From Lachnospiraceae bacterium (lineage in GTDB: Bacteria > Bacillota > Clostridia > Lachnospirales > Lachnospiraceae), in contig JAEETA010000012.1 in NCBI GenBank assembly GCA_016286555.1, positions 14,057 through 78,056 on the forward strand: DNA of 64,000 nucleotides, read 5' to 3'. Both the position numbers and the translations under genes were made by a program. Under the pieces are notes generated by a model. That model saw only the letters and a list, made by a program, of their open reading frames with translations, was not told the DNA's origin and searched no databases. The stretch's first letter is position 1. Each line of letters begins with the position of its first letter. Below, in pieces: positions 19,017 to 28,791 of the stretch.

Positions 19017-20444
19017 ATGAATAAGAAATTTACATCACGCCTTATCAAAATACTGCTGCTGAGCGCGGCAGCCTTTCTTTTGCTGGTAGGGATCCTGGCG
19101 TTCCTGCGGACATCGTCCGGCACCTCCGCCGAGGATCTGGCCGGTCTGGAAAACAGCGAATACAACGGCATATACATCTCCTACGCGGGAGATGTCACCG
19201 TGCAGAGTGAATGGTTTGCAAACTACCTGGGGCTTACCACCTATGTGTGCCGGGGGCCCGTGGACCGGTTAAAGCCTCTGCTGAACTGCCTGAACGCCGC
19301 CTATGCTTCGAACAACCGGATCACCCATGTGTTCCTGGATTTTGACCCTGCTCTCCTGCTGCGGGAGAAAAAGGATCCGTCCGCCGCAGCCGTGAAGATG
19401 GTGGAAATGCTGGCGCCCTATTTTACGGCCCATCCGGACGTGCTCTACCAGATCCGCATCCCCGCCCACCCCCTCTCCTACTGGGAGGAACTTTCGAGTC
19501 CGCAAAACGTGGCGGAATGCTACGGACTGGCGGCGGAGTTCTTTTGCGCTCAGCCCAATGTCGTCCTGTATTTCTACGGAGACGAGGACTGGGTTCTCTA
19601 CGGTGAGAACCAGTTTGCGGATTCCTTCAGCGGCTCCCTGCAGGGAAATCTGAATGAGAAATTTTTCCTCTACACCTATGCGGACAGACAGCGCTCCGTA
19701 AGCGCCGGAGAGATGGATGAAAAATGCAGCCGGATCCTGGCTGCTCTGGAGAATCCCAAGGCCTATCCCGATCTGACCGGAACGGCGGTGGTATGCATCG
19801 GAGACAGCATTTTCGGCAATTACTCGGACACCACCTCCATCACTTCCGTCATGAACGCTCTATCGGGATGCAGCGCCTATAACTGTGCCGTGGGCGGAGC
19901 AACAGGCGCGGCAAACGGCCACTACGGACACGATTTTCCCACCCTCACTGCCATGGTGGGTACGGGAGATGCCACGGTACGAAAGGATTTCGCTGACGCA
20001 CAGGCGGACATCCTGGACGGCGGGGATCTGATCTTCGTCATCGAGTTTGGCATCAACGATTATTTCAACGGATATGCTCCCGTGAGCGAGGATCCCGCAG
20101 ATACAGCCACCACTGTCGGGTCCCTGCGCACCGGCATCACGGAACTGGCCTCCGCCCATCCGGAGGCGCAGATCATTCTCATGATCCCGGGATACATTTC
20201 CATGTTTGATAACGGATGGGCCCCTTCGGACGAATCCCGCAGCTGGGTCCTGGAGGATTACCGGGCTGCGATCCGGACCCTGGGAGATGAGCTGGGCTGC
20301 ACAGTATTTGAACAGCAGTCCGTGGAGGGCCTGACGCAGGACACTTTCCCCTACTATGCGGAGGATGACGTACATTACAATGAGCGGGGGCGCTTCCTGA
20401 TGGCGGAAGCATTACTGAAAACGATCCAAGGAGATAGTAACTGA
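19017..20444 (+). CDS. Membrane-anchored SGNH/GDSL hydrolase with an unknown N-terminal domain
   Basis: N-terminal TM; IGDSI, NCAVGG, FGINDY, DDVHYN (S-G-N-H blocks). Confidence 0.85.
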   Translation: MNKKFTSRLIKILLLSAAAFLLLVGILAFLRTSSGTSAEDLAGLENSEYNGIYISYAGDVTVQSEWFANYLGLTTYVCRGPVDRLKPLLNCLNAAYASNNRITHVFLDFDPALLLREKKDPSAAAVKMVEMLAPYFTAHPDVLYQIRIPAHPLSYWEELSSPQNVAECYGLAAEFFCAQPNVVLYFYGDEDWVLYGENQFADSFSGSLQGNLNEKFFLYTYADRQRSVSAGEMDEKCSRILAALENPKAYPDLTGTAVVCIGDSIFGNYSDTTSITSVMNALSGCSAYNCAVGGATGAANGHYGHDFPTLTAMVGTGDATVRKDFADAQADILDGGDLIFVIEFGINDYFNGYAPVSEDPADTATTVGSLRTGITELASAHPEAQIILMIPGYISMFDNGWAPSDESRSWVLEDYRAAIRTLGDELGCTVFEQQSVEGLTQDTFPYYAEDDVHYNERGRFLMAEALLKTIQGDSN

Positions 20445-20446
20445 AC

Positions 20447-21532
20447 ATGAAAGAACGCATTTATGTCTGCCACACCTTCTATCATGTCTACATCACCATA
20501 CTGAAAGAGCTGAAGATTCGGGCAGAGGAAGGCACTTCTTACCGGCCGAACGCCACCCTGATCCTCTCCAAAATGAGCAACGACTTTTCCTCTCTGCTGC
20601 CCAGGGTCAGAGCCTGCGGCCTCTTTGAAGAGGTGCTGGAATATGATGAGCAGCGGGAAAGCGCCTTTCCGGAGCTGGCAAGGTACCGGGAAAATACCGG
20701 CAGCGGTCTGGGGAATCTCAGACAGCGCATCAAACTCACCAGACGCTTTGCAAAGCTGCAGGAGCCCTACCTGCCCGTGAATTTCCGGGATTATAAGCAG
20801 ATCTATGTCTTCTGTGACGCGGATCCCATCGGCGTCTACTTAAACCAGGCAAGGATCCGGTACCATGCCGTGGAGGACGGCTTAAACTGCATCGCCAATG
20901 GCGATCTGGCAAGGTTCGACAACCGGGGGCATTTCCCTCTGAAGGCCTTCCTCTCCATGCGTCTGAACCTGATCTGCATTCCCAACGGCTACGGGAAATA
21001 CTGCATCGACATGGAGATCAATGACCGGAGCCGCCTGATCTATCAGGATTTCAAAAAATACATCGAAGTCCCCAGGCTTCCTCTCCGGGACCGTCTGACG
21101 GAAGAAGACAAGGAGCTGATCCTGCAGGTCTTCCTGGAGAACAAGGAGGAGCTGGTGCAGCGAGTGGCGGAAGCCGCCAAGGCAGGGGACGGCATCCTGA
21201 TCCTAACGGATCCTCTGTGCACCCTGGACATCCGGGAACGGATCTTCCGGGACATCGTTGCCATGTATGAAAAAGAGGGAACCGTCTTCCTGAAGCCCCA
21301 CCCCAGAGACGAGCTGGACTACGAAAAACTGTTCCCCGATATTCCGCAGATCCGCGGAAGTGTCCCCATGGAGATGCTGCATTTCATCCCCGGGGCTCAT
21401 TTCAAAAAGGTTGTTGGCGTTCTGACAGAGATGTCGGATTTTCCCTATGCGGATGAAAGCGTCCGCCTGGGGCCCGACTTCATGGATGCCTATGAGGATC
21501 CTCTGATCCACCGTCAAAACGAACAGATCTGA
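20447..21532 (+). CDS. GT52-like (lipooligosaccharide sialyltransferase-like) glycosyltransferase
   Basis: VCHTFYH, VEDG and KPHPRD motifs typical of bacterial sialyltransferases; VPME. Confidence 0.75.
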   Translation: MKERIYVCHTFYHVYITILKELKIRAEEGTSYRPNATLILSKMSNDFSSLLPRVRACGLFEEVLEYDEQRESAFPELARYRENTGSGLGNLRQRIKLTRRFAKLQEPYLPVNFRDYKQIYVFCDADPIGVYLNQARIRYHAVEDGLNCIANGDLARFDNRGHFPLKAFLSMRLNLICIPNGYGKYCIDMEINDRSRLIYQDFKKYIEVPRLPLRDRLTEEDKELILQVFLENKEELVQRVAEAAKAGDGILILTDPLCTLDIRERIFRDIVAMYEKEGTVFLKPHPRDELDYEKLFPDIPQIRGSVPMEMLHFIPGAHFKKVVGVLTEMSDFPYADESVRLGPDFMDAYEDPLIHRQNEQI

Positions 21533-22740
21533 GCGGCGATTTTTCCTTCCGCTCTCGGATGCTCTGCCGATAAGGGGCCTCCGTCCTCCCAGAGGATGGG
21601 GGCTTTTTCATTTGCTTCCTCTCCCAGGGCCAGCGCTTTTTCCGCCAGCATCAGGAGCCTGCCCGCCGCCACCTGGGGATTCCACAGCTGCCATACGGTT
21701 TCATAGCCCTCCGCTCCCATGATGACGCGCAGGGCCTTATCCCGGATCAGACGCTCCGCATACTCCGTCATCAGCTCGGGATGGGCGTCCGGATACACAA
21801 AGGCATTTTTGCCGTTCCTTGCCAGATAGGGCGCGGCACCGATCATGGCATCCATGATCAGGGCGCAGCCGCTGTTCATGGCTTCGTTCGCCACAGCCCC
21901 CCAGCCCTCCTGACGGTCACTGGTAAAGAGGAAAATGTCCGACTGTTCCATGAGCTCCCGAACTCCCTCCGGAGAGCGGACGCCCGCAAAGCGCACCACA
22001 TCCTCCAGATGTTGGTCCCGTACTGCCTGTTTTAACTCCGCCTCCATGGCACCGCCGCCTACCAGATCCAGGCGGAAAGACAGGCCACGGTTTTTCAGTT
22101 CCTGCGCGGTACGGATGGCACGCTCCGCGTGTTTCCAGTCGATCATGCGCCCTGCCCACAGAAGGCGTGGCACTTCATTTTCTTCCTTCTTTGCAAACAG
22201 GGCCTTCAGATCCTGCCGTTTTATCTCCGGGAAATATCCCCAGCGCAGCATTTTCTCCGGATAAGAGCGGAAGATCCCGAAATCGGATGCCACATAGCCG
22301 CCTGCGCAGAGCAGGTACACGGGGGCCTTCCGGTAAGCGGTATGGTCCAGGTATTTGCGGTGCAACCCCCTGGGGGTCACACACTTCCACTGGCCCGTTT
22401 TGTAGACCCTCTCGGAGTAGCGGAAGGTCAGCTTTCCGGCATCCAGTCTGGGCTTGATATAGTCTTCTTCCTCACAGCCACCGAAAAGCACCACATCCGC
22501 TTCGCAGATGTCCCGGATGGCCTGTCTGCGGAGCGATTCACTTCGCACCGGATCCTCATCGTAGGTGAGCCGCACATAGTCCGGAAGCTCCTCCTTCCAA
22601 CCCATGCCAAGGCGCTCTGTCTCTATCCCGCAGGTCTGAAAAAAGAGAAAATTCCCCTTCCCCAGGAGGCTTTCGGCCTCCCGGCAAAAGGGGATCTGAT
22701 GATGATTGATATAATTCGACACAAAGATCAGACGCATCAA
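21514..22740 (-). CDS. GT4 glycosyltransferase
   Basis: SNYINHHQ, WAGRMIDWK, EGWGAVANEAM (EX7E). Confidence 0.88.
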   Translation of the reverse strand: MMRLIFVSNYINHHQIPFCREAESLLGKGNFLFFQTCGIETERLGMGWKEELPDYVRLTYDEDPVRSESLRRQAIRDICEADVVLFGGCEEEDYIKPRLDAGKLTFRYSERVYKTGQWKCVTPRGLHRKYLDHTAYRKAPVYLLCAGGYVASDFGIFRSYPEKMLRWGYFPEIKRQDLKALFAKKEENEVPRLLWAGRMIDWKHAERAIRTAQELKNRGLSFRLDLVGGGAMEAELKQAVRDQHLEDVVRFAGVRSPEGVRELMEQSDIFLFTSDRQEGWGAVANEAMNSGCALIMDAMIGAAPYLARNGKNAFVYPDAHPELMTEYAERLIRDKALRVIMGAEGYETVWQLWNPQVAAGRLLMLAEKALALGEEANEKAPILWEDGGPLSAEHPRAEGKIAAQICSF

Positions 22741-24104
22741 ACCATCTCCTCATAGATTCGCATGAGCTGTCTCCGGTTCCGTTCGGGGTCATGATTTTCC
22801 AGGCCGTGAACCTTGGCAAGAGCCGCACGCCTGTCGCTTTCCTCCGGATCCGTCAGGCAGTTTACCAGGGCTGCTTTCAGGCGCTTTGCGATCTGCTCCA
22901 GGGTATCATCGGAGGAGGCGGAGTACATAAATGCTTCGTCCTGACCGATCATGTCCGGAATACCTCCCACGTCCGACGCCACCACAGGGGTGCCCAGGAC
23001 CATGGCTTCTCCCAGGGAATTGGGAGAGTTCTCACAGGCGGAGCAGCATACATAGGCGGAGGCCAGCAGGTACTGTTCCTTCATCTGTGCAGCATCCAGT
23101 CTGCCCAGCATATGGACCCTGTCCTCCAGGTGATATTTCGCAATGAGTTCCAGCAGGTATGCCCCGTAAGCGGTGCGCTTCAGGCGGTCCATCCGGCCCC
23201 CGTTTCTGATGATATTGGTGCCGGCCACATAGATCTGCAGATCCTCCTCCAGCCTCTTTTCCTCAGGGGTCAGATCCAGAGTCTTCGCATCCTCCAGGAA
23301 TTCTCCCACGGCCGTCAGCAGGTAATGCAGGCCCTTGATGGGATAGTCTCCCTGGCTGACAAAGATCCGTCCGGACTGCGCTTTTGCTCTGTCCCAGGAG
23401 CCTTCGTAGAAGGTGGCCCGCAGGGTCTCTCCCGCAGGACGGTAGACCAGTTTCGGATTCCAGTGCATGGCCAGACGCCTGTCAAAGCGGGTGCGCCCCG
23501 CCACATAGCCCGCCAGAGAAACAGCCTGCAGCTCATTCCTCCCGCGCATGTAAAACTTCTGCTGCTGCCGCAGGATGCTGTCGCCCTTCAGCAGATCCCT
23601 TAACGTGACATCGCCCTGCACCTTCTCCGGAAGGTGTGCCATGTAATGCATGGCATAGACGGAAATGGGGCCCTGAATAGAGATCAGCAGGCGCTTCGGC
23701 AGCTTCAGGGTTCTGGCCACCGCCAGGGTGTGGGGGAACTCCGTACCGAAGCAATGGATCACATCGGGACGGGCGCTCTCCAGAAGGGCCTTCATCTCCC
23801 GCTCCAAGCGGAAGTCATAATTCTCGGGATGGGAAGTGTCCTCGGTAAACCCGTAGAAGGAAACCTTTCCGTTTCCCATGGGGATCTCTCCCCGCACGGG
23901 CAAAAGCAAATCCAGCCAGGCAGCTTTTCCTTTCTTCTTCATCCCCTTGGGAATGGGAAAGGCAATGCTCATCTCCGGCGGATTTTCCTGCTCCATCAGG
24001 CCGTGCAGGAGTCCTTCCACCCAGCCTTCCTTCGGCAGGAACGGCAGTTTCAGTTCCTGTGCGATCTCAGGCAGGATCAGATTGCATATCCATAGTACTT
24101 TCAT
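22737..24104 (-). CDS. GT4 glycosyltransferase
   Basis: MKVLWICN, HCFGTE, YPIKGLH, ENSPNSLGEAM, SDVGGIP. Confidence 0.88.
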   Translation of the reverse strand: MKVLWICNLILPEIAQELKLPFLPKEGWVEGLLHGLMEQENPPEMSIAFPIPKGMKKKGKAAWLDLLLPVRGEIPMGNGKVSFYGFTEDTSHPENYDFRLEREMKALLESARPDVIHCFGTEFPHTLAVARTLKLPKRLLISIQGPISVYAMHYMAHLPEKVQGDVTLRDLLKGDSILRQQQKFYMRGRNELQAVSLAGYVAGRTRFDRRLAMHWNPKLVYRPAGETLRATFYEGSWDRAKAQSGRIFVSQGDYPIKGLHYLLTAVGEFLEDAKTLDLTPEEKRLEEDLQIYVAGTNIIRNGGRMDRLKRTAYGAYLLELIAKYHLEDRVHMLGRLDAAQMKEQYLLASAYVCCSACENSPNSLGEAMVLGTPVVASDVGGIPDMIGQDEAFMYSASSDDTLEQIAKRLKAALVNCLTDPEESDRRAALAKVHGLENHDPERNRRQLMRIYEEMV

Positions 24105-24117
24105 AGGGTTCTCCCTG

Positions 24118-25206
24118 TCAGTGCAGATCCGGGGTGATCCGGTAATAGGTCCGGATCAGTTTCTCGTCGGCCTCCCAAAGCAGTGTGCCCTTCACCGTAA
24201 CATTCTGTACCTTCAAAAATTCCAGCGTTCTCTCCAGAGGCTTTCCGGCTCTGGGACCGGCGTTTGCCACCAGGAGATTCTGTGCCTCTCCCTGCAACAG
24301 CCTGCTGCAGTCCAGATCCAGCAGGGGTGCAGGTACGGGAACCAGATCATATCCTTCCGGCAGGATCTCCCGAAGCCCCTTTGCCACCTCGGAAGGATTG
24401 ATGTCCTCCGTGGCGGGAACGATATGGATCTCTCCCTTGGAAAAACGGGCCGTGACATTGGCTGCCAGCTCCTCCTGTCCCATGGATCCCAGGGCACAGA
24501 GTCCGTAGCGGCGGCTGAGCTGTGCGGGCAGATAGAGGCTGTCCGTACCGGTCTCCCACAGGAGATAAAAGAGATGTACAAAGAGGGTTCCCAGGATGGC
24601 GGACAGGGCAAAGGCTCTGCCGGGTCTGGGAACTTCCGACACATCCGTCACCTTTGTAGAGGTCAGCACCTCCATGGAATCCACGCCCATGAGCTCCGTG
24701 CCGTAGACGCCTGAGAAGACCCGCTCCACGTTGGAACAGATCTCACCTGCCAGCGCCTCGTTGTTACAGGTCACATAGAAGGTGGGGACGTTGATGTCGG
24801 ATTTGATCTCGGCGCTCATGTACCCCGCCATGACGGAATTGTCCAGGGAGGGGATCACAGAGGCGGGATCCGCCTTCACCGCCTCCTCCTTCAGGACGTT
24901 CAGGAACTTGTCGGAGGAGACATAAGCGATCCAGGTGTAATAGTTGACGAAATAATCTCCCGTATCCTCGTAGGGCTCCGTGTAATGCACCAGCATATCG
25001 CATTCCGCGCGGTACATTTTTTCCCCGGCAAATACGATGTGCAGAAGGCAGTAGATGCCGCCTCCCAGCAGGGTGATCACCAGGATGGCACAGAGGATCT
25101 TCCACAGATTCTGCAGATAGCGCAGCAGCAGGAGCCGTTCGTCCGGCGGCTCGTTTCCGCGGTAGATTCCTCCGTAGGGGAGATGTTTTTTACTCTGTTC
25201 TTCCAT
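24118..25206 (-). CDS. Wzz/CapA-like polysaccharide co-polymerase with a degenerate CpsD-like C-terminus
   Basis: TM-loop-TM layout followed by DSLYLPAQLSRRYGLCALG; follows the priming transferase. Confidence 0.6.
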   Translation of the reverse strand: MEEQSKKHLPYGGIYRGNEPPDERLLLLRYLQNLWKILCAILVITLLGGGIYCLLHIVFAGEKMYRAECDMLVHYTEPYEDTGDYFVNYYTWIAYVSSDKFLNVLKEEAVKADPASVIPSLDNSVMAGYMSAEIKSDINVPTFYVTCNNEALAGEICSNVERVFSGVYGTELMGVDSMEVLTSTKVTDVSEVPRPGRAFALSAILGTLFVHLFYLLWETGTDSLYLPAQLSRRYGLCALGSMGQEELAANVTARFSKGEIHIVPATEDINPSEVAKGLREILPEGYDLVPVPAPLLDLDCSRLLQGEAQNLLVANAGPRAGKPLERTLEFLKVQNVTVKGTLLWEADEKLIRTYYRITPDLH

Positions 25207-25215
25207 TGAGGACTC

Positions 25216-26682
25216 CTACTGACCGGACCGTTCTCCCTGGGAGGCGTCCCGTCTGTTTTTTTCCTGCTCCACGCTGTTCCGCAGAGCCGTCACCTGATCT
25301 GCCTCCACACCTTCGGTGCTGTCAGGCCAGAGCAGGATCTTCAAGGTCAGCAGCATCAGCTTCAGATCCAGCAGGATGGTGTATTTCTCGATGTAGGTCA
25401 GATCCAGCTTCAGCTTGTCGTAAGGGGTGGTGTTGTACTTGCCGTAGACCTGGGCAAAGCCCGCAAGGCCTGCCTTCACACGGAGGCGGTAAGCGAACTC
25501 CGGCATGATCTCGATGTACTGCTGCATGATCTCCGGCCGCTCGGGTCTGGGACCGATGAAGCTCATGTCACCCTTCAGGATGTTAAAGAGCTGGGGCAGC
25601 TCGTCCAGTCTGCACTTGCGGATGAAACGGCCCACGGGAGTGATACGGGAATCTCCCTTGCTGGCCAGTCTGGCCACGCCGTCCTTCTCCGCGTCCACAC
25701 GCATGGAACGGAACTTCAGGATCTTAAACTCTCTGCCGCCCTCCGTAAGGCGCACCTGCTTGTACAGCACGGGACCTCTGTCGTAGCATTTTACCGCGAT
25801 GGCGGTGAGGAGCATGAAGGGGGAGGTCAGCACGATGAGCACCAGGGAGCAGATCAGGTCCACCATACGCTTCAGGAAGCGCTGCTCCATGGTAAGGCTG
25901 AACTCTCTGGTCAGCATGACAGGTGTGTCAAAAACATGCAGTTCCTCGGCACCCATCATGATCACATCGGAGATCTTGGGCAGGAGGTAAAAGCGAACGG
26001 AATGAGCGTAACAGTACTTTACGATGGGCTTGCGCTCCGCCTCGGAGATGTCTCCGAGCACCACCGCATTGACGGTGCCGTCCTCCAGCTTCTCCTTGAT
26101 AAGAGCGATAATCTTCTCGGGTCCCTCGGACACATCCGCAATCTCGGTGATGCGGTACTTGTCCTTCCGGGTCTCGAACTTCCGGATCAGATCCTGGGGA
26201 TCCCGCCAGCCGTGGACCAGCAGGAGCTTCCGGGGCGGGAAAATGTTCCGGTAGAGCTTATCCGCCAGGAAGATGTAAATGAGTACCACCGCGAACTGCT
26301 CCGCGATCATATACAGGAAGTAGGTCAGGTGGAAGAGCTGGAATGCCATGACGGACAGCTCCAGATAGATGACGATCCAGGCCATCAGCGTGGCGAACAT
26401 CTGGGAGAACACCAGCTCTGCGCTCTTCAGATACCCCAGCCGGATGCCGCCGTACATGTTGGAGAAGGCAAAGAGCACCACGCCGTAAATGGCGATCTCC
26501 AGAACGTGTCCCCGGAAATAGAAGTTCCGCAGATCTTCCACGACGCTGTACTGGAAATGGAAATACCAGTGGTAACCGAAGACCGCCACCTCCAGCAGCA
26601 GACATCCCATCACCAGGGACAGATTGATGAGCCTCTTAAAGGACTCCATTTTTTGCAGTTTTTCCTGATTCATGTTTTTCAT
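25216..26682 (-). CDS. Priming polyprenyl glycosylphosphotransferase (sugar transferase)
   Basis: N-terminal TMs; KRMVD, KFRSM, RITPVGRFIR, LDELPQ, GDMSFIGPRPE. Confidence 0.93.
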   Translation of the reverse strand: MKNMNQEKLQKMESFKRLINLSLVMGCLLLEVAVFGYHWYFHFQYSVVEDLRNFYFRGHVLEIAIYGVVLFAFSNMYGGIRLGYLKSAELVFSQMFATLMAWIVIYLELSVMAFQLFHLTYFLYMIAEQFAVVLIYIFLADKLYRNIFPPRKLLLVHGWRDPQDLIRKFETRKDKYRITEIADVSEGPEKIIALIKEKLEDGTVNAVVLGDISEAERKPIVKYCYAHSVRFYLLPKISDVIMMGAEELHVFDTPVMLTREFSLTMEQRFLKRMVDLICSLVLIVLTSPFMLLTAIAVKCYDRGPVLYKQVRLTEGGREFKILKFRSMRVDAEKDGVARLASKGDSRITPVGRFIRKCRLDELPQLFNILKGDMSFIGPRPERPEIMQQYIEIMPEFAYRLRVKAGLAGFAQVYGKYNTTPYDKLKLDLTYIEKYTILLDLKLMLLTLKILLWPDSTEGVEADQVTALRNSVEQEKNRRDASQGERSGQ

Positions 26683-26690
26683 TAGATCCG

Positions 26691-27686
26691 TTAACTTCTT
26701 CCGTCACGCACCTTCATCCACAGCCCGTGGGCCTTGCGAATGATGCGTGGATCCCACGCCGTCATGATCAGAAGATTCCTCCGATATTCTTTTTTCAGAT
26801 AGGGGCTCTTGCGGATATCGGTACGTAATTCCTTCAAACGGGCCAGCACGGACACATAGAGTTCCGACGCGCCTGTCATTTCCTCCACCGGTACATGGAG
26901 GAGATACCACATGGACTGCACCTCGTAAAAATGCCGGGACACGGGGATCTGCTCCGGGTAATACTGCTCCGCCATCTGCATGGCCAGCTCCGCATTCCGG
27001 ATCATGGCTTCGTAGAGCACCGGGTTGTATCTGCCTCTGGTGTTGCTGCCGGAGCGCAGTTCGATGTTGTAGCCCAGCTTCTCGATGGTGAGGACACCGC
27101 CGATCTGCGGCGTCATCCGCAGCAAAAGTTCCAGATCCTCATTGAGTCTGTGCTCGCTGAAGCGGTATCCCTGCAGGAAGCTCCTGCGGAAAAGCTTGGT
27201 GCAGAAGGAACTGTCTCCCACATAGAGCATCAGCTCCCGGAAGTAATCTTCCGGTGTCAGCTCGTAGGAACCACCCCCTTCCTTGTAGGGGCCCTTCACC
27301 AGATTCCCGGCCTCGTCGAAATCCCGACTCATGACCTGAGCCACATTGCAGTCAGGGTGCTCCTTCAGTCCCGTTAACAGAGTCTCGTAGAGGTCCGGCT
27401 CCGCCCAGTCGTCGGAGTCCAGAAAGCCCACATAGTCTCCCGTAGCCTTCTCGATCCCCAGATTTCTGGCAGTGGAGGAACCGCCGTTTTCCTTGTAAAA
27501 ATACCGGATCCGGGAGTCCCCTGCGGCATAGCGTTTGCAGATCTCCCCGCTGCTGTCGGTGGAGCCGTCATCCACCAGAAGGATCTCCAAATTCTCATAG
27601 GTCTGACCGCAGATGGCGGTAAGGCTCCGGTCCAGGAAGCGCTCCACATTATAGATTGGAATGATGACACTAACGAGTTCCGGCAT
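26691..27686 (-). CDS. GT2 glycosyltransferase
   Basis: SVIIPIYNVE, VDDGSTD, ARNLG, FLDSDD, NED. Confidence 0.92.
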   Translation of the reverse strand: MPELVSVIIPIYNVERFLDRSLTAICGQTYENLEILLVDDGSTDSSGEICKRYAAGDSRIRYFYKENGGSSTARNLGIEKATGDYVGFLDSDDWAEPDLYETLLTGLKEHPDCNVAQVMSRDFDEAGNLVKGPYKEGGGSYELTPEDYFRELMLYVGDSSFCTKLFRRSFLQGYRFSEHRLNEDLELLLRMTPQIGGVLTIEKLGYNIELRSGSNTRGRYNPVLYEAMIRNAELAMQMAEQYYPEQIPVSRHFYEVQSMWYLLHVPVEEMTGASELYVSVLARLKELRTDIRKSPYLKKEYRRNLLIMTAWDPRIIRKAHGLWMKVRDGRS

Positions 27687-28620
27687 GGCTCTTCTTTCTT
27701 AAGAAACGCAGGTACAGATCCGTCAGGCTTAAAAGGCGCTTTGCCTTCGGGAATCCCAGGATCTTCGCCGCCCGGTCCTTTGCCGGCAGCGCAGCCTTCC
27801 TGCGGTAATATTCGTACAGGTAGAGCATCCCCAGATCCTTCTCCGCCGGCAGATGCCAGATGGAGACGGGATTGCTGTAAGCATTGGTGCTCACCAGATA
27901 AAAATCTCTCGTCCAGTAGCGATAGATGTAAGGGCAGGCATCCCGCAGGAGTCCTCTGCAGCGCTCCGCCGCCACGGAAAGCACGGCCTCGTCACCGATC
28001 TCCGCAGGAATGGCCTCTCCCGCTGCCGTGATCTCCTCGTAGATCTTCCGGCAGGTCGCCATGAAGGTCTGCAGGTCCTTTCGATTCCCGGCCACGAACT
28101 CGCCGCCATACTGCACGGGAGCAGTGTCCTTTCCTTCCAGCACCCGGGCAGTCTCCCGGATGGGTTTTCTGTCAAAATGGGAAAAGGTATGTCCCAGGGG
28201 ATACAGCAGGATCCCGTGATCCGCTTCCTCCCAGAGGTCTCCGTAATCCCCCACGGTAAAGGTGTCCGTGTCCAGCAGGAGGATGTGCTCGTACTCCGGT
28301 CTGCCTGCAGCGTATTCCAGGGCGCAGAGCTTGTAAAAAGCCAGCTGCCAGCGGAACCGTTCCGGCATCCGGTAGGTGTCAAAGGGAACCGTGATCACCC
28401 GAACCCCTGCACGCTCCAGTTCTCCCGCCAGGGGCTCTCCCGGTGCGTCCGTGGTGATGAGCGCCACCTCGTCTGCAGGATTACATTGCTTTGCGGACAC
28501 CAGGGCCACGCAGATATTCTTTTCGTAGATCCTTTTCTTGGCGTCGTCTCCCATGCCCGTCAGCTGGTGGGAACCCACCACCTTCGGTGCGTGAGTATAG
28601 GCACAGAAAATCAGATTCAT
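27670..28620 (-). CDS. Hypothetical protein, probable GT-A fold (GT8-like) glycosyltransferase
   Basis: FYKL, LLLDTDT (DxD), GGEF, GDE, WHLP; first gene of the glycan operon. Confidence 0.55.
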   Translation of the reverse strand: MNLIFCAYTHAPKVVGSHQLTGMGDDAKKRIYEKNICVALVSAKQCNPADEVALITTDAPGEPLAGELERAGVRVITVPFDTYRMPERFRWQLAFYKLCALEYAAGRPEYEHILLLDTDTFTVGDYGDLWEEADHGILLYPLGHTFSHFDRKPIRETARVLEGKDTAPVQYGGEFVAGNRKDLQTFMATCRKIYEEITAAGEAIPAEIGDEAVLSVAAERCRGLLRDACPYIYRYWTRDFYLVSTNAYSNPVSIWHLPAEKDLGMLYLYEYYRRKAALPAKDRAAKILGFPKAKRLLSLTDLYLRFLRKKSHAGTR

Positions 28621-28740
28621 GTTCGTTTCTCCGCAGCGCGAGCCGAAAAAAGCATAAATTTCTCAGCATCGCATACATATTTTATTTTACTATATTTTGT
28701 GGTCAGATTAAAGGATTTTCTGTTATCTATACATAATAAG

Positions 28741-28766
28741 TTGCCCCTTCCCAAAGGAAGGGGCAA
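28741..28766 (-). terminator. Hairpin/terminator after the MCP gene
   Basis: ttgccccttcc/ggaaggggcaa perfect stem. Confidence 0.65.
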
Positions 28767-28791
28767 AGGAGAGACTGTTCCGTAATCTCGC

